DNA of 64,000 nucleotides from Rotaria socialis (Eukaryota): NCBI GenBank assembly GCA_905331295.1, contig CAJNYD010000322.1, positions 186,001 to 250,000 of the forward strand, read 5' to 3'. Shown piece by piece: positions 52,598 to 64,000 of this stretch (position 1 is its first letter; each line of letters starts with the position of its first letter). The notes under the pieces were generated by a model. It saw only the letters and a program-made list of their open reading frames with translations, ran no database searches and was not told where the DNA came from. The position numbers and the translations under genes were made by a program.

Positions 52598-55500
52598 TTA
52601 TAAATATTTTCGTGAGAAATGATCTTGTCGATTTCTAAAAAACATAATAATAGAAATGTAAATAATATATATCATAAAAAAAATGAATCAACTGACTTGA
52701 ATGTAAAATAGCCTATGAATATAACTAATTGTAGAGCTATTATCACAAAGAATGTATACGATCCTAAACATGAAGAATCTCCCGTGCTAACAACAGTGGG
52801 GCATTTAACTTGATCAGGCTAAAAGAAATTAAAATAGAAGCAAATTCCAGCTTTTTCAAGAATAAAAAAAGTAATGATTGGATAATACTATTTTTTGCAG
52901 TAGAATATTTGTTTCAGATTTGATTTGTTGAATTGTATCTCGAAGTTCATTGAAAGCTTTTGAATCAACATTCGAATCAACTGGCTGTTGTCCTGTAACA
53001 TCGTGTTGTTTATTATTGAGATTCGTTTGCAGATTATTGACTTTTTGTTGAAGATCAGTTAGAGATTGTCTTTTCATAATCAATGAAAAGATTTATGTCA
53101 AAGAAAAATAAATTTCAAGTAATTTACCCGAAATTTTGAATAGTTCGCGTCATATCAGTATTTGCATTAATTACTCGATTTATATCTTGAACTCGAGCCA
53201 CATCATCAGGTATATTCGATCCTAGACCAGCTACACCCTAGAACATAAATTTATCAAGATAATAATATGTGGAAATGAACATTTTACTGAAGGTTGTCCG
53301 CTACCACTTGATGCTATTCGTTCAATACGTCCCAAAAGTTCAGCCATTTTTCGATCAATAGTAGTTAATGATAGACGAATTTGATCTTGACCTTCTAAGA
53401 TAACACGAAATTCACGATCATATTCTGTTTCAAACTAAAATTGAACAAAACAAACTAAAATTATTAAAGAACTAAATGTATTAAATGCATACCACTTGTT
53501 GTTCATTAATTGATGTTGTTGCTTCTGGATGATCTTTTCGAAAACTAAATAAATAAAAATAAACCCATCAAAATAATAAAAAATAAAATAAAACAAATAC
53601 AAACTCAGCTTGTTGTTGTTCAAGTTCTCGTTCATATTTTTCATATTCATCTTGATATTTTTTAGCTTGTTCGTGTGTTGTTTCTTGATTTTGTGCTAAA
53701 GCTTGTCTATCGGAAAATGTATGTGTTAAAAATTCCAAAACATCATGATCATCGGCGAGACCCCCTGTTGCAGCCGTTACACCAAGATAACCATTTTTCG
53801 GTAATCCGATTTGATCGATATGAGTACAAAGTTCAAATGCATTATCATCAAGTGAGATTCCATTATTGATATATATCTTTAATGTAAGTATAAAATATAG
53901 CACATGTTCAGTCAAATATTTTTGCTTTTTATATTTCTTACTGTTAATCCTTGATTAATGTATTCAATTTTAAGCCGAATAGGAAAAGGCTTATTACGAA
54001 AATCTTTAATACAGCTGCCTTGAATTTGACTACTACCATCATGTTGATGATCATATGATTGTGTTCCATCATTTACCATTACAGCAATGATAGGATTATT
54101 TTGCTAAGAAAAAGAAAAAGAAAAAGAAAAAGAAAATTTAATAATTTAATTTTAAAAAGAACATCATTTTTATTTTAAAAATTTTGTTTCGGAGTCATGA
54201 ATCAGCCAAGTGATCAGTCATCTTGCTGGGATTAACACTCCGGCATTATTCTGGCCCTTATTGATTAAGAGACACATATCATTGTTTGTTTCCAAACTAA
54301 GGCCTCTGCCCAATAATGGCAATGCGTTCAGGTAGATTCGAACAAGTGAACTTTTAGTTTAACAACGAATAAAACAATATCACTACATTAGCTTTGTAAA
54401 ACAATCAGCAAAACATTTATCATATGTACTAATTCTTCATAGAAAGTGATTATTTTTGTACTCGTACTTTCCATTGAGAGTTATCAATGTTTTAAAATTA
54501 AATATAGTCAAAAGCGGTAGTAAAATTAGATGACATTACGAAATGTACAACGTGAATAAATGTGAGAAACCAACAGATCTTCTTACGTTTAATAACTTAC
54601 TATTTGAATAGTCTGAAATATGAATCAGAAATGTTAGGATTGACATTTGATTTTTATAGCATAGATAGAAGAAAGAAAAAGCAATTTAACGATCACTATC
54701 ACTATAACTTACCAATGCATCGTTGTCAAATGAATCAAGGAAAATGCCTAATCCTTTCCATTGATCATTGGAACCGAAAACAGTACCTTCAACACCTGGA
54801 GTTTCCGTAAACCAAATAGCCTAAATAGAAATTAAAAACTTAATATTAATAAATTATTTTACTAAAATAAATTTTAAGATCACATATATTCAGATGTTTG
54901 AAACTTTTAAAGGCTGTCGTTTCAAGTTTCATTACATCTATATATACATATATGTATATACTAGTGTTTGAAAATGTAAATGAAACTTCCTGAAACATTT
55001 TTTTTCTACTAACAGTCCTTTCTGTTTCGAGTCACGTCAAGATGCGTCACCTGAAAACTATTTTGAAAGAATAATACTTGTAGACAAATTGTCTGTTCAA
55101 TATTAACATTGTTAGTTTTCTAATTACTATTTTTTTCATTTCTTCGTTTCAACTCAAGTTGAAACGTAATGTACACACTTAACTACCACATTGAATTCAT
55201 TTATACAGAAAAAACAACAATCATCGCATTCATCGAAACGTATTTATTGATTCTCTTACCATTCCATCAGCACCGACACGACCACGTCCTGTTACTCGTA
55301 GTTTTACATCGAGCAGCCAATGATCGACTGATAATGTGTTTTTACTCCAAATCCAACCTAATAAAAATAAGAAAGTTTCATTCTAATGCTTGAAACAAAT
55401 TTCGTTTTCATTTATACCTCTTTGACTACGAATTGATGGTGTAATACGAACTTGTTCATCACTTGCAATAGCGCCTTCATACAAAACAAAAAGATATTAC

Positions 55501-55704
55501 ATACTTTTGAAGTTCATAAAACTTACTTCCACCGAATGACCAAAAGGGTACACTTCCATCTTTGAAAGCAAGAGTAGGACCTTTGAATGATAATTTATAT
55601 TCAAATCTTTTCACTAAGTTTGAATTTGTTACAGATGGATCAGTGTAAGTAAAACCACATGCTACTGAGTATAATATGATAAAAATGGACAGATAAAAGT
55701 TCAT
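52598..55704 (-). CDS. LMAN1: ERGIC-53 / L-type lectin mannose-binding 1, multi-exon
   Basis: RFEYKLSFKGP, ITPSIRSQRG, GRGRVGADG, FLDSFDND, DFRNKPFPIR and GVTAATGGLADDHDV; coiled coil, TM, C-terminus SRKYL*. Confidence 0.93.
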
Positions 55705-56584
55705 CTCAGATTTTTATCGATTTGACCGTGGCAATGACTGAAAATCAGTGTATAGTTACGAGTATATTCTAAAAATGCAATAAAAACAATAATTTATATG
55801 AACGAAACGGACATCTGAATATATGTATGCATGTTTTTAGTTATATTCAGCTGGTGACGACTATTTCGACCTATCAACATATTTTCGACGAATTATATAC
55901 ACGCATTTGAAAAAAGTTTATTTTTCTAAATAAATTGTATTTGATTGCAATTGCAGACATGAAAAATATCTTAAAAATAGTGTTAATAACAGTAGTTTTT
56001 CATTGGCCGAACCATGTATCCAATAAAAGTACTCGTTTCAAAATGAAAAATCCTGGTTAGGGTCAGAAAACACCTGCCGAACATATGTGCATGAGTCACT
56101 AAATTAATATAGTGAATGCAGTACGATAGAAGACGCCTGTTTCCAATTGATCTATCGAAAAATATTATAGTTAAAATTGATTAAATTAGAGCGCATATTT
56201 ATCTCTGTATTTTATTTTCTAAGATTTTAATTTTGTACCGAAAATGACGTGATACTAAAATCAAAGGACAACGAATATTTCATACACACATATAAGATGT
56301 CGCTCAAAGAATTTACATGATTGAATTTTAATCCATTATTTTTGCTCTTCACACGAGTTCGTTATAATAAATAATCTCTATGAATAATATACTTCAACGG
56401 TTGCAAATATTAGTTCATAAAAATGACTATAATCTAAAGTGCATTAGTGCATTTTGCATTCAACATTAGTTGGAATTTTTCCATTTCCTTGATACAAACT
56501 GATTTCATGCTGAAATTTTTTCCAGTAAAATATATTTTTTCTTAAAAAAAAGTACTTCTCCTTTCTTCTCTTCGATATTCATAC

Positions 56585-59526
56585 ATGAGTTCAACTGTTT
56601 CTTCTGTATTTTGTGCTAGTAATATATCAGGTCACCATAAATTAAATAATGAAATTAATCTTTATGAAGTATTTTCATTATCAAAGAATAATCCAATAAT
56701 AGCATCAGCATTTAATAGCTGTTACCAAAAAGCACTTCTTTCATTAAATGAACACATTGAAGGAATAGATACAACAACAGTATCATCTTTCAAACGATCA
56801 ACATATGATGTAAATGAAGATGACTTTGATACAACTGTTTTTCCAAAACGTTCATTCACACCATCATCAACAGCCATATGCCAATGGCAACATGAACAAT
56901 TCTTAAAGGAAAAATTTATTCGAATACTTATTCCAATTGTTGCAGTAAATATGTATTCGATTGTTTTACATTGGCTTGAACTTGAATTAAAAAATGAAGA
57001 AGAGCGTGAAAGTAGAAATGAACAAAACAAAAATGATTTAAAAAATAAAATATATGAATTAAAATCAATGGAAAATTCAATTGATGTTGATAAATTATAT
57101 GAATTTAGTGGAAATTCCAAAGATATCTTGATTGAACAAGTCGATTGGAAATTTGTTGCAACAAAAATAAGAAGTAAAGGTGGCTTTAAATATTTTGATG
57201 AATTTGCTTTAAAACGTATGTGGAAACATCGATGTCAATATGGATTAAAGAACTCATGGTCTGACCAAGAAGATACAATTTTAAATCAATTAGTTGAACA
57301 GTTCGGTTTTGGAAAATGGAATGAAATTTCACAACATGAAATGTTTCAAGTAAAATATATTTGCCAAGAAAACTACAGAAATTTACAATGACTTATTTTA
57401 TTAAGAAAAATAAAAAATCAGCTTATATGTGTTCACAACGATATATGTCGACAGCGAACAAAGCATTTTCAAAAAGGTAAAGAAAAATGAAGTTAGAAAG
57501 TTTTTTTCAGAAATTAAAATAAGTTCATCTGTTTGATTTTCACATCAAAGAAAGCAAAATAAATGAGTTTTATCAATTTTTAAGTTTTAAGAATAGCTAA
57601 TATTTTTTCTATTATGTTTATTTATATACATATAAAAAAAGAAAACTATTTGATTTTATAATAGTTGTAATCGAATACTTTTTGTTATAATAGATGTATA
57701 GAATTAATATTTTCAATCCTTAAAATTAGTATCCATATAGCATTCGACATTGTAATAAAACAAAATCATGGTTTTAGAGCAATAAGAGTAAACTCAACAT
57801 ATTTCAATTGGTAACGTTATGGAGCATTGTTAGAAATGGAGTCGATTCATATTCTACTAAATAAGTATACTAAATTCATGAGATCATTCTTTTTTATTTA
57901 ACTTAGTCTTATAGATTAATTAGTTTTTGAGTTAAGTGGATTATTGATCACAAATACATCGTATATTACTGAAAAACACATACACTCTATGCTATGGATC
58001 AAATTTGAGATCAAAGATATCTTCTTTGTTGAAGATTAAAAGATAACTTTCTTGAAAACACTGTGTGAAGAACAAAAATTATTGTAGAATGAAACAACAT
58101 TGATTCAATCAATAGTCAATACGGATGATATGAACTTTTTTTTAAACTGAAGTTAATTATTTGATTGTCAATTTTAATGAGTTGTAAGACAACAATTAAT
58201 TTATGATATCGAACCAAGTAAATATCATATTGTCTTATAAATCTAATTAAATTACTAAAGTTTAAAATTTTTTTCTTCTGTTTTTCTCCTTGTTTCAAAT
58301 AAGTTATAATTGGAACGTATGCTAATCAATGAATATATATAATTTGATAATTAATATACTAAAATCAATCAAAACTAATGTAATTACAGAGACTAGAAAG
58401 TATATAAATGTGGATTATAATGTTAAAGTATCTCATTAGAAAATGTCAAAAATTAGTTTCTAGATATTTTTCGGTCTATTGAATAAGCATTGCATTAATG
58501 ACCTATCTTTTTATTCTAATATAATGTTAAGGATTGTAATAAACAAACTTAACAATGTGAGAATTAATAAAATGTTGTTCAACGTATCATTTAGTATTCT
58601 TAAAAGGACCTTTAAGCAGACTAAAAATACTTACTGTAATAATGTATCAGGTCAACTCTAGCATGCTATAATTAACATGTCGAATGAATATTTTCGCAAA
58701 AGTTATTTTAATTTTCATTTATTGAATCATAAATAAAAATCTATTCACTCTCTAAGAGGTTTCCTTTCAAAACAGAGATGTTTCCAAATTCGATATATTT
58801 CTATATAATTATTGAATATTTTATTTATGCACACGTATACAATTATAGTTCTGTTCACATTAACTTTTTCTTAGAGTATGATGAAAACATTACATTAGAT
58901 AAAAGATTGAAATATTTTTCAAGTTAAAAACAATGTCGATTACACAACCATTGAATATTCATGATTTTTTTTTCTAATAATAGAACTATATTTTGTTGGA
59001 AATAAATTTCTATTTGCCAATCTTTACAAATATTTGACAGCTATCATTGAATGAAAAATAATAACAACAACAATATCAGAAATCATTAATCATCATGGGC
59101 ATAAAAGCTCATTAAATTCATTTCTTTTAATATTCTAGACGATTCACGCAAAATGAAAAAGATCTTTTGTCATCGATGTACAAACATCGCTGCTCAGTAA
59201 TAAAAGATTATCGATTTTGTGTTTCTTATGCTTCTTATTTACTTGGTGATCGTTGTCTACCTGAAGTCACTCACGTATGGGCATATATTAATCCTGATAT
59301 TAAAAAAAACCCATTTACACCAGAAGAAGATGCTATTTTACTTCAATACATCAATAAAAATCCATCGATTTGCTGGGCTATATTAGTCGCTAGCCATCTG
59401 CCTGGTCGATCAGCGATTCAATGTCGACAACGTTATTTTCAACTGACTAAACCTCAATCGAGTAAAAAGGCAAAACGAACAAATAAAAAAGTACATGTAA
59501 ACAATAATCATTTGAAAATCGTGTGA
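56585..59526 (+). CDS. Myb/SANT-repeat protein, SNAPC4-like; exons 56585-57349, 57406-57476 and 59139-59526
   Basis: VDWKFVA, WSDQEDTILNQLVEQFGFGKWNEIS and NPDIKKNPFTPEEDAILL...WAILVASHLPGRSAIQCRQRY; in-frame splices. Confidence 0.8.
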
Positions 59527-59648
59527 AATTTAAAAAAAATTTTCTGTGTGTTACGGTGATGTCGACATAATACCATTATTTTCTTCATATCCTCTATTGT
59601 CTTTCTTATCTTCTTTAATCACTAATGGTACTTTCTCTTCTCATTCTT

Positions 59649-59684
<36 letters not shown>

Positions 59685-59732
59685 ATCGCTATTATTGTAT
59701 TTATTCCTATTAAATCAAGATCGTGTGTACAC

Positions 59733-61165
59733 CAGCAGTGGAGCCAGGAAGAGGCTAAGCAGGCTCAGCCTCCCCTAGTCATGTTTTTGAACGATATATT
59801 TTGTGATATAAAGATGCATTAATCTTCGCAATTAAATATTTGAATACTTGAATTATTGTGTGGTGCTCATAGCTGTTTCGAACTAAAATAAAATATTGTA
59901 AATGTAATTTTCAACCAGGTTCTAGAGATTATAATATATCCTTCCAAAACCTAGCTAATAATTGCAACATTTTTAGCTACGATTTTGTTCACTGCCGCTC
60001 AACTAGAATGCTTTTCTGACGAGTCCAAAATTATTCTATGGCTAACGTTTTGTGCTTTACTTTTGAAGATGAGCTTATAAGTGCTGTGCGTATTTTTATT
60101 CAAATATAGCAAAGGGCTATGTGCAGAGCGTGAAAAGTCACTTTCAACGGTGTGCTAACATTTTTTTGTTTAAACTTTAAGCTACTTCACGAAGATGTTA
60201 GGAATTGTGGCAGATCGTTATTTTCTGGAGCGGATACTTCCTGAAGAAATGGGATATTGAACAAAACTGCAGCTTTTAATCAAGTAATTCTACCAATGGG
60301 GAAACGGTGGACTTGAAATAGAATAATAAGTCAAAATTAGGTCAAAGTACAGGTTAGCAGTAACTAAAAATAGCACTCAAGTAGTCCGAAATAATAACAA
60401 GTAGCTGCGCAACTTTGATATAACTTCAAATCCTAAGTCCACCGCTTTCCCCCTTGAATTGTAAACGCAGTCACCAAGAGCTCCTCTCAACGCAAAATGA
60501 TTTTCGATGAAAATTCGGTTTTTAGAAATGAGTATTTGTGGTGCACAGAAACTGAGATGCCTGAGGAAAGACCGAAAACAAATTTAACATAGTACATTTT
60601 CACGGTATCTTTAGTTCTGCAAGCTGATTTATAAGACAGGATACGAAGTTTTCGTTTCGAATTGCAAATCAGAATACAAAAATGAGCAGGAAAAGTTTTT
60701 ATCTTAACCTATTTATTTGATTTTCTCAAGACTATTTCACTAATGGCTTCTAGAACAAAACAGAGAATTCTAGACTAGTGTCCAAAACGAGCACCATATT
60801 TCGATATTAATTCATTATAGTTTTGGGCTAGTCGAAACTACTTTCAGTTGTGTGAAAGATGAAAAAACGTTACGCCTGAAAACTTTCCGAACATCTATTA
60901 ATATATTTTTCGATTAGATAAAAACACATATTTCAAAAATCTCTTTGGATATGATAGATAGTTGACAAACAGCAAAAGCCAAGTTATAAAAACTTTTTGA
61001 GTTTCGACTGATTCTTTTCAACTTTTTTTCTTTTTTCGTCATTAAAAACATGCATCAGTTTGACGTAACTTTGGATAAATACAAAAACAATTTGTCGTAT
61101 GACTTTCCGTCGGTGAATGGGTTCAGCGTTCCTCCCGCTTGCCCAAAACTCTGGCTCTGCCACTG
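59733..61165. mobile_element. Non-autonomous hAT-like element
   Basis: Termini CAGCAGTGGAGCCAG / CTGGCTCTGCCACTG with a perfect 8-bp TSD GTGTACAC (59725-59732, 61166-61173). Confidence 0.8.
60294..60456. mobile_element. Nested MITE sharing CAA(G/T)GGGGAAA termini with the 50834 element
   Basis: CAATGGGGAAACGGTGGACTT / AAGTCCACCGCTTTCCCCCTTG. Confidence 0.65.
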
Positions 61166-61624
61166 GTGTACACGTACAGCTATACACATGCATGCATCAA
61201 CAAAACGAAATAAGATAATATAACTATAACAGTGAGCACTGATCTTTTCGAAGTATCGAATAAAGTCGGTATATTGACTAAGACCAAGTAAGAAAATATC
61301 ACATTTAACTTTTTTCAGTTTGACTATGAAGTAAAAAGAATAGATTACCGAGGTCAAAGAGAACGGCCCTTAAACGATCTTGTGACGGTGAAGTACGGCA
61401 ACGTTTCCGATGGCCATACAAGAAGCACCGTAACGAACATCGTAAGCGTTACGTATTTTAGTCGTACTTTTAGATATCTGTCAAACGATCAGAAGACACA
61501 CCTTTCAAATGCAAAAAAGTTTTCCATTTATTTTTGTAGGGAGCACACCAAAACGGTCGACATTGTTTTGGGAAATAAACTTCAATTATCAATTTAATAC
61601 AATTCTTCAATCGTGGCGCCGATA

Positions 61625-61983
61625 CCCAAGAGAATGATTCCGATAGTCGGATCATATCGGATTCGTGCCGGAATCCGATAGAATATAGTCTGGATTTCAG
61701 TAAACTGACGAAATTCTATCGGGATCCGGGTGTGAGACCTACAATTCGAACCTTAGTGTTGGAATCCGATAGGTTCCAGTGTCGGAATTTAACGGAATCC
61801 AATGAACGCGTTTGATCCATGTGTTCTGTTGACACCAGATGCTTATTAATTGGTAATTAAGAAAATGTTTTTTTTCCATCGGATCCATTAGTAGATTCTG
61901 GACCAGGAATCCGATCGCATTTTGTTGGTTTGTCGGGTCCCATGAGATCCAATAGAATCCACTGTCGGATTCATTCATCTGTG
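61625..61983. mobile_element. CMC-like MITE with GGATC/GAATCC-rich interior
   Basis: Degenerate TIR CCCAAGAGAATGATTCCGATAGT vs ACTGTCGGATTCATTCATCTGTG; interior resembles the 14414-14718 element. Confidence 0.5.
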
Positions 61984-63853
61984 ATATAAAAAAATTGGTG
62001 CAATATGAGAATCTACTTAAAATAAGATTTTAGTTCGGTTTGCAACACAATTGCGAGGGTTTTACTTAATTTTCATCTTTTTTTATTGTCCTTTTTTCTA
62101 TTGATTCGTTTCAAACAAAAGCATGTAGAGAAGTCAAAAACGTTGAGGTCGTTTAAGTAAGATATTCATTTGAATCTTTTCTAAGCTCTTGGATCTTTGC
62201 TTTTTTTGTCAGCTAGGAAGTGACTTAATCAGCATCATACCATTATTGGTTTCTCATTAGCTTCTTTTTATTTTAGTTTGGTTTTGCATGAAAAAAAACT
62301 TCCTTGAAACCGAAACAGCAAGGACTTGCATATTTTTGAATAATATCTATAGACTTCTGGAGCACAAGACAGTGAGTCAATATCAAGAGTAAGCAATAGA
62401 AAACCGATGCATTTACGACCGTAAACGATTCAAAATCCAGTTCGCAAGCAGCTACGGTAGTTCTTGTAAACGATCTGCATACGCTACCGCACACGGTACG
62501 GAAAAATACGCTCGCATTACTGCCCATGTTACACGGGCAAATACGACACCGTCATGGGCCGTATTTTCATCGTAATCGGTCATTAGTGCACCGTATGGCC
62601 ATCGTTTACCCCCTTAAACGACGCCGTAATGTCGTTCTTTTGATGAACCTGGATAAAATCATTCAGTCAGTAAAAGAGAAGCTTCTGTTTTTTTTTATTG
62701 CAGATCCATCCTGTTCGTTTCAGTAATAATATTCAATGGTTACAAAAGCAATCAATTCATATTCAAAAATTTTCAAACAGTATTATTCAAAACCTCATTG
62801 ATTCACCTACAGAAATTAATAATTGAAATGCATTGCAAAAAAATTTAATTATTAATGAAGAAATTTAATATCGAAGCAAAATCAACTCAGGTCCAAAAAA
62901 ACAGCCCATAAACCGCCTCAAAACAATGCAAAATGTCAGAAAGTGGTGTCGTTATCCTTCAGCTGGGAAAATGTTTAAAATAGTGTTAAAGACGATAGCC
63001 GTTCCCTAGTCAAAGTACGGTCGATAAAACGGGCTGACGTACTACGGCGAAATAAGGTGAAAATTAATGCAGTATTTTACTGTTTTACAGCTGTTTCAGA
63101 CCTTTTACGAAACCGATTCAGATGATCGGAATGATCGCGTTGGAAAATCGCGAAAACTTTACCATAAAGAGAGTTACTTCTTAAATTTAACAACACAACG
63201 GTGACTATCGATGAATCTATGCAAAATTTTCTTAATAATATGCTGTATAAATAATCCTTTCTTTTTTTGCCTCTTGCCCATTTTATGAACATATGACATG
63301 AAACTTGTTTATACATTCAATAAAAACAAAGGTAAAGAAAAAATATATATACCAAAATACTGTTTTTCTCCTCTCTTTATGGTATTCTAATGAGATTTAT
63401 GCTTTTTTTGTAGTCAAAACGGAAGAAGAAAAACAAGAAATAATCACAGTGATGATGAAGGACGTTGCTCATTTTTATAAGCATGAAGTAAACGTTTTTT
63501 CAATGGTACACTGTGACCTGATGATGGTAACGATAACAATTCATTTGATTGAGTTGATATAGTAGAATGTGATCGTTGCATTGGAATTTCATATGTATCT
63601 GGTCGATTATGAATCGTCTTAAAATAAAAGAAAGTAAAAGAACATATTCTAACGTAAGATAGAAAATGTCATAGACTAAGTTTTTTTACTTTAGAATAGG
63701 TCATAAATATGTCGTGTTTTTTCTTTCTTACTCTATATCTAATGTTTAGGTACTACTGAAAGTCTACTAAATATTTGTCTGCAAGACACAACTATTTTGG
63801 TTCACAAATGATCTTTGTTTTCATTTGGGTATGTTGCTTATTTTTCAATATAA

Positions 63854-64000
63854 CCCAGGTCGAGCATCCCAGCCACCGGATCCCGTAGGATATTCCAGGA
63901 AATATGCGGGAAAGTCACCATATCCTGCAGGAAAACACGGGAAATCGCTGGAACATGGAAACAGTATTCCGGTAAAGAATACAACCGGACTTGATCGGAG
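63854..64000. mobile_element. CMC-like MITE left end, truncated by window
   Basis: Begins CCCAGGTCGAGCA, like the termini of the 14414-14718 element. Confidence 0.5.

Noticed and set aside
60014..60045. CTGACGAGTCC hammerhead-like start
   Set aside because: No complementary stem II or GAAA box follows

Overview
AT-rich eukaryotic genomic DNA with short GT-AG introns. It is most consistent with a bdelloid rotifer; this is inferred from compact introns, an endonuclease-less Penelope/Athena-like RT remnant, and bacterial-looking secreted genes. Conventional genes are COASY (3' part), a TRIM-NHL E3 ligase, a Cys-type glutathione peroxidase, a helical-TIR-SAM protein, a Cys-rich type I membrane protein, an ERG/FLI/FEV-class ETS factor, a CABIT-like protein, tRNA-Val(TAC), a neuropeptide-like precursor, a secreted SnoaL/NTF2-like protein, LMAN1/ERGIC-53 and a SNAPC4-like Myb protein, with many MITEs. 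The most notable structure is a ~12.9-kb segment (1914-14842) bounded by ~120-bp inverted repeats with GAG...CTC termini and ATAT on both flanks. It carries two GC-richer tandem genes only 73 bp apart, separated by a polypyrimidine tract/AG acceptor. Both encode secreted, furin-site-bearing, long helical-hairpin proteins. This is a candidate transposon-borne, operon-like two-component alpha-pore-forming toxin pair. All calls were made by eye; no database searches were run.
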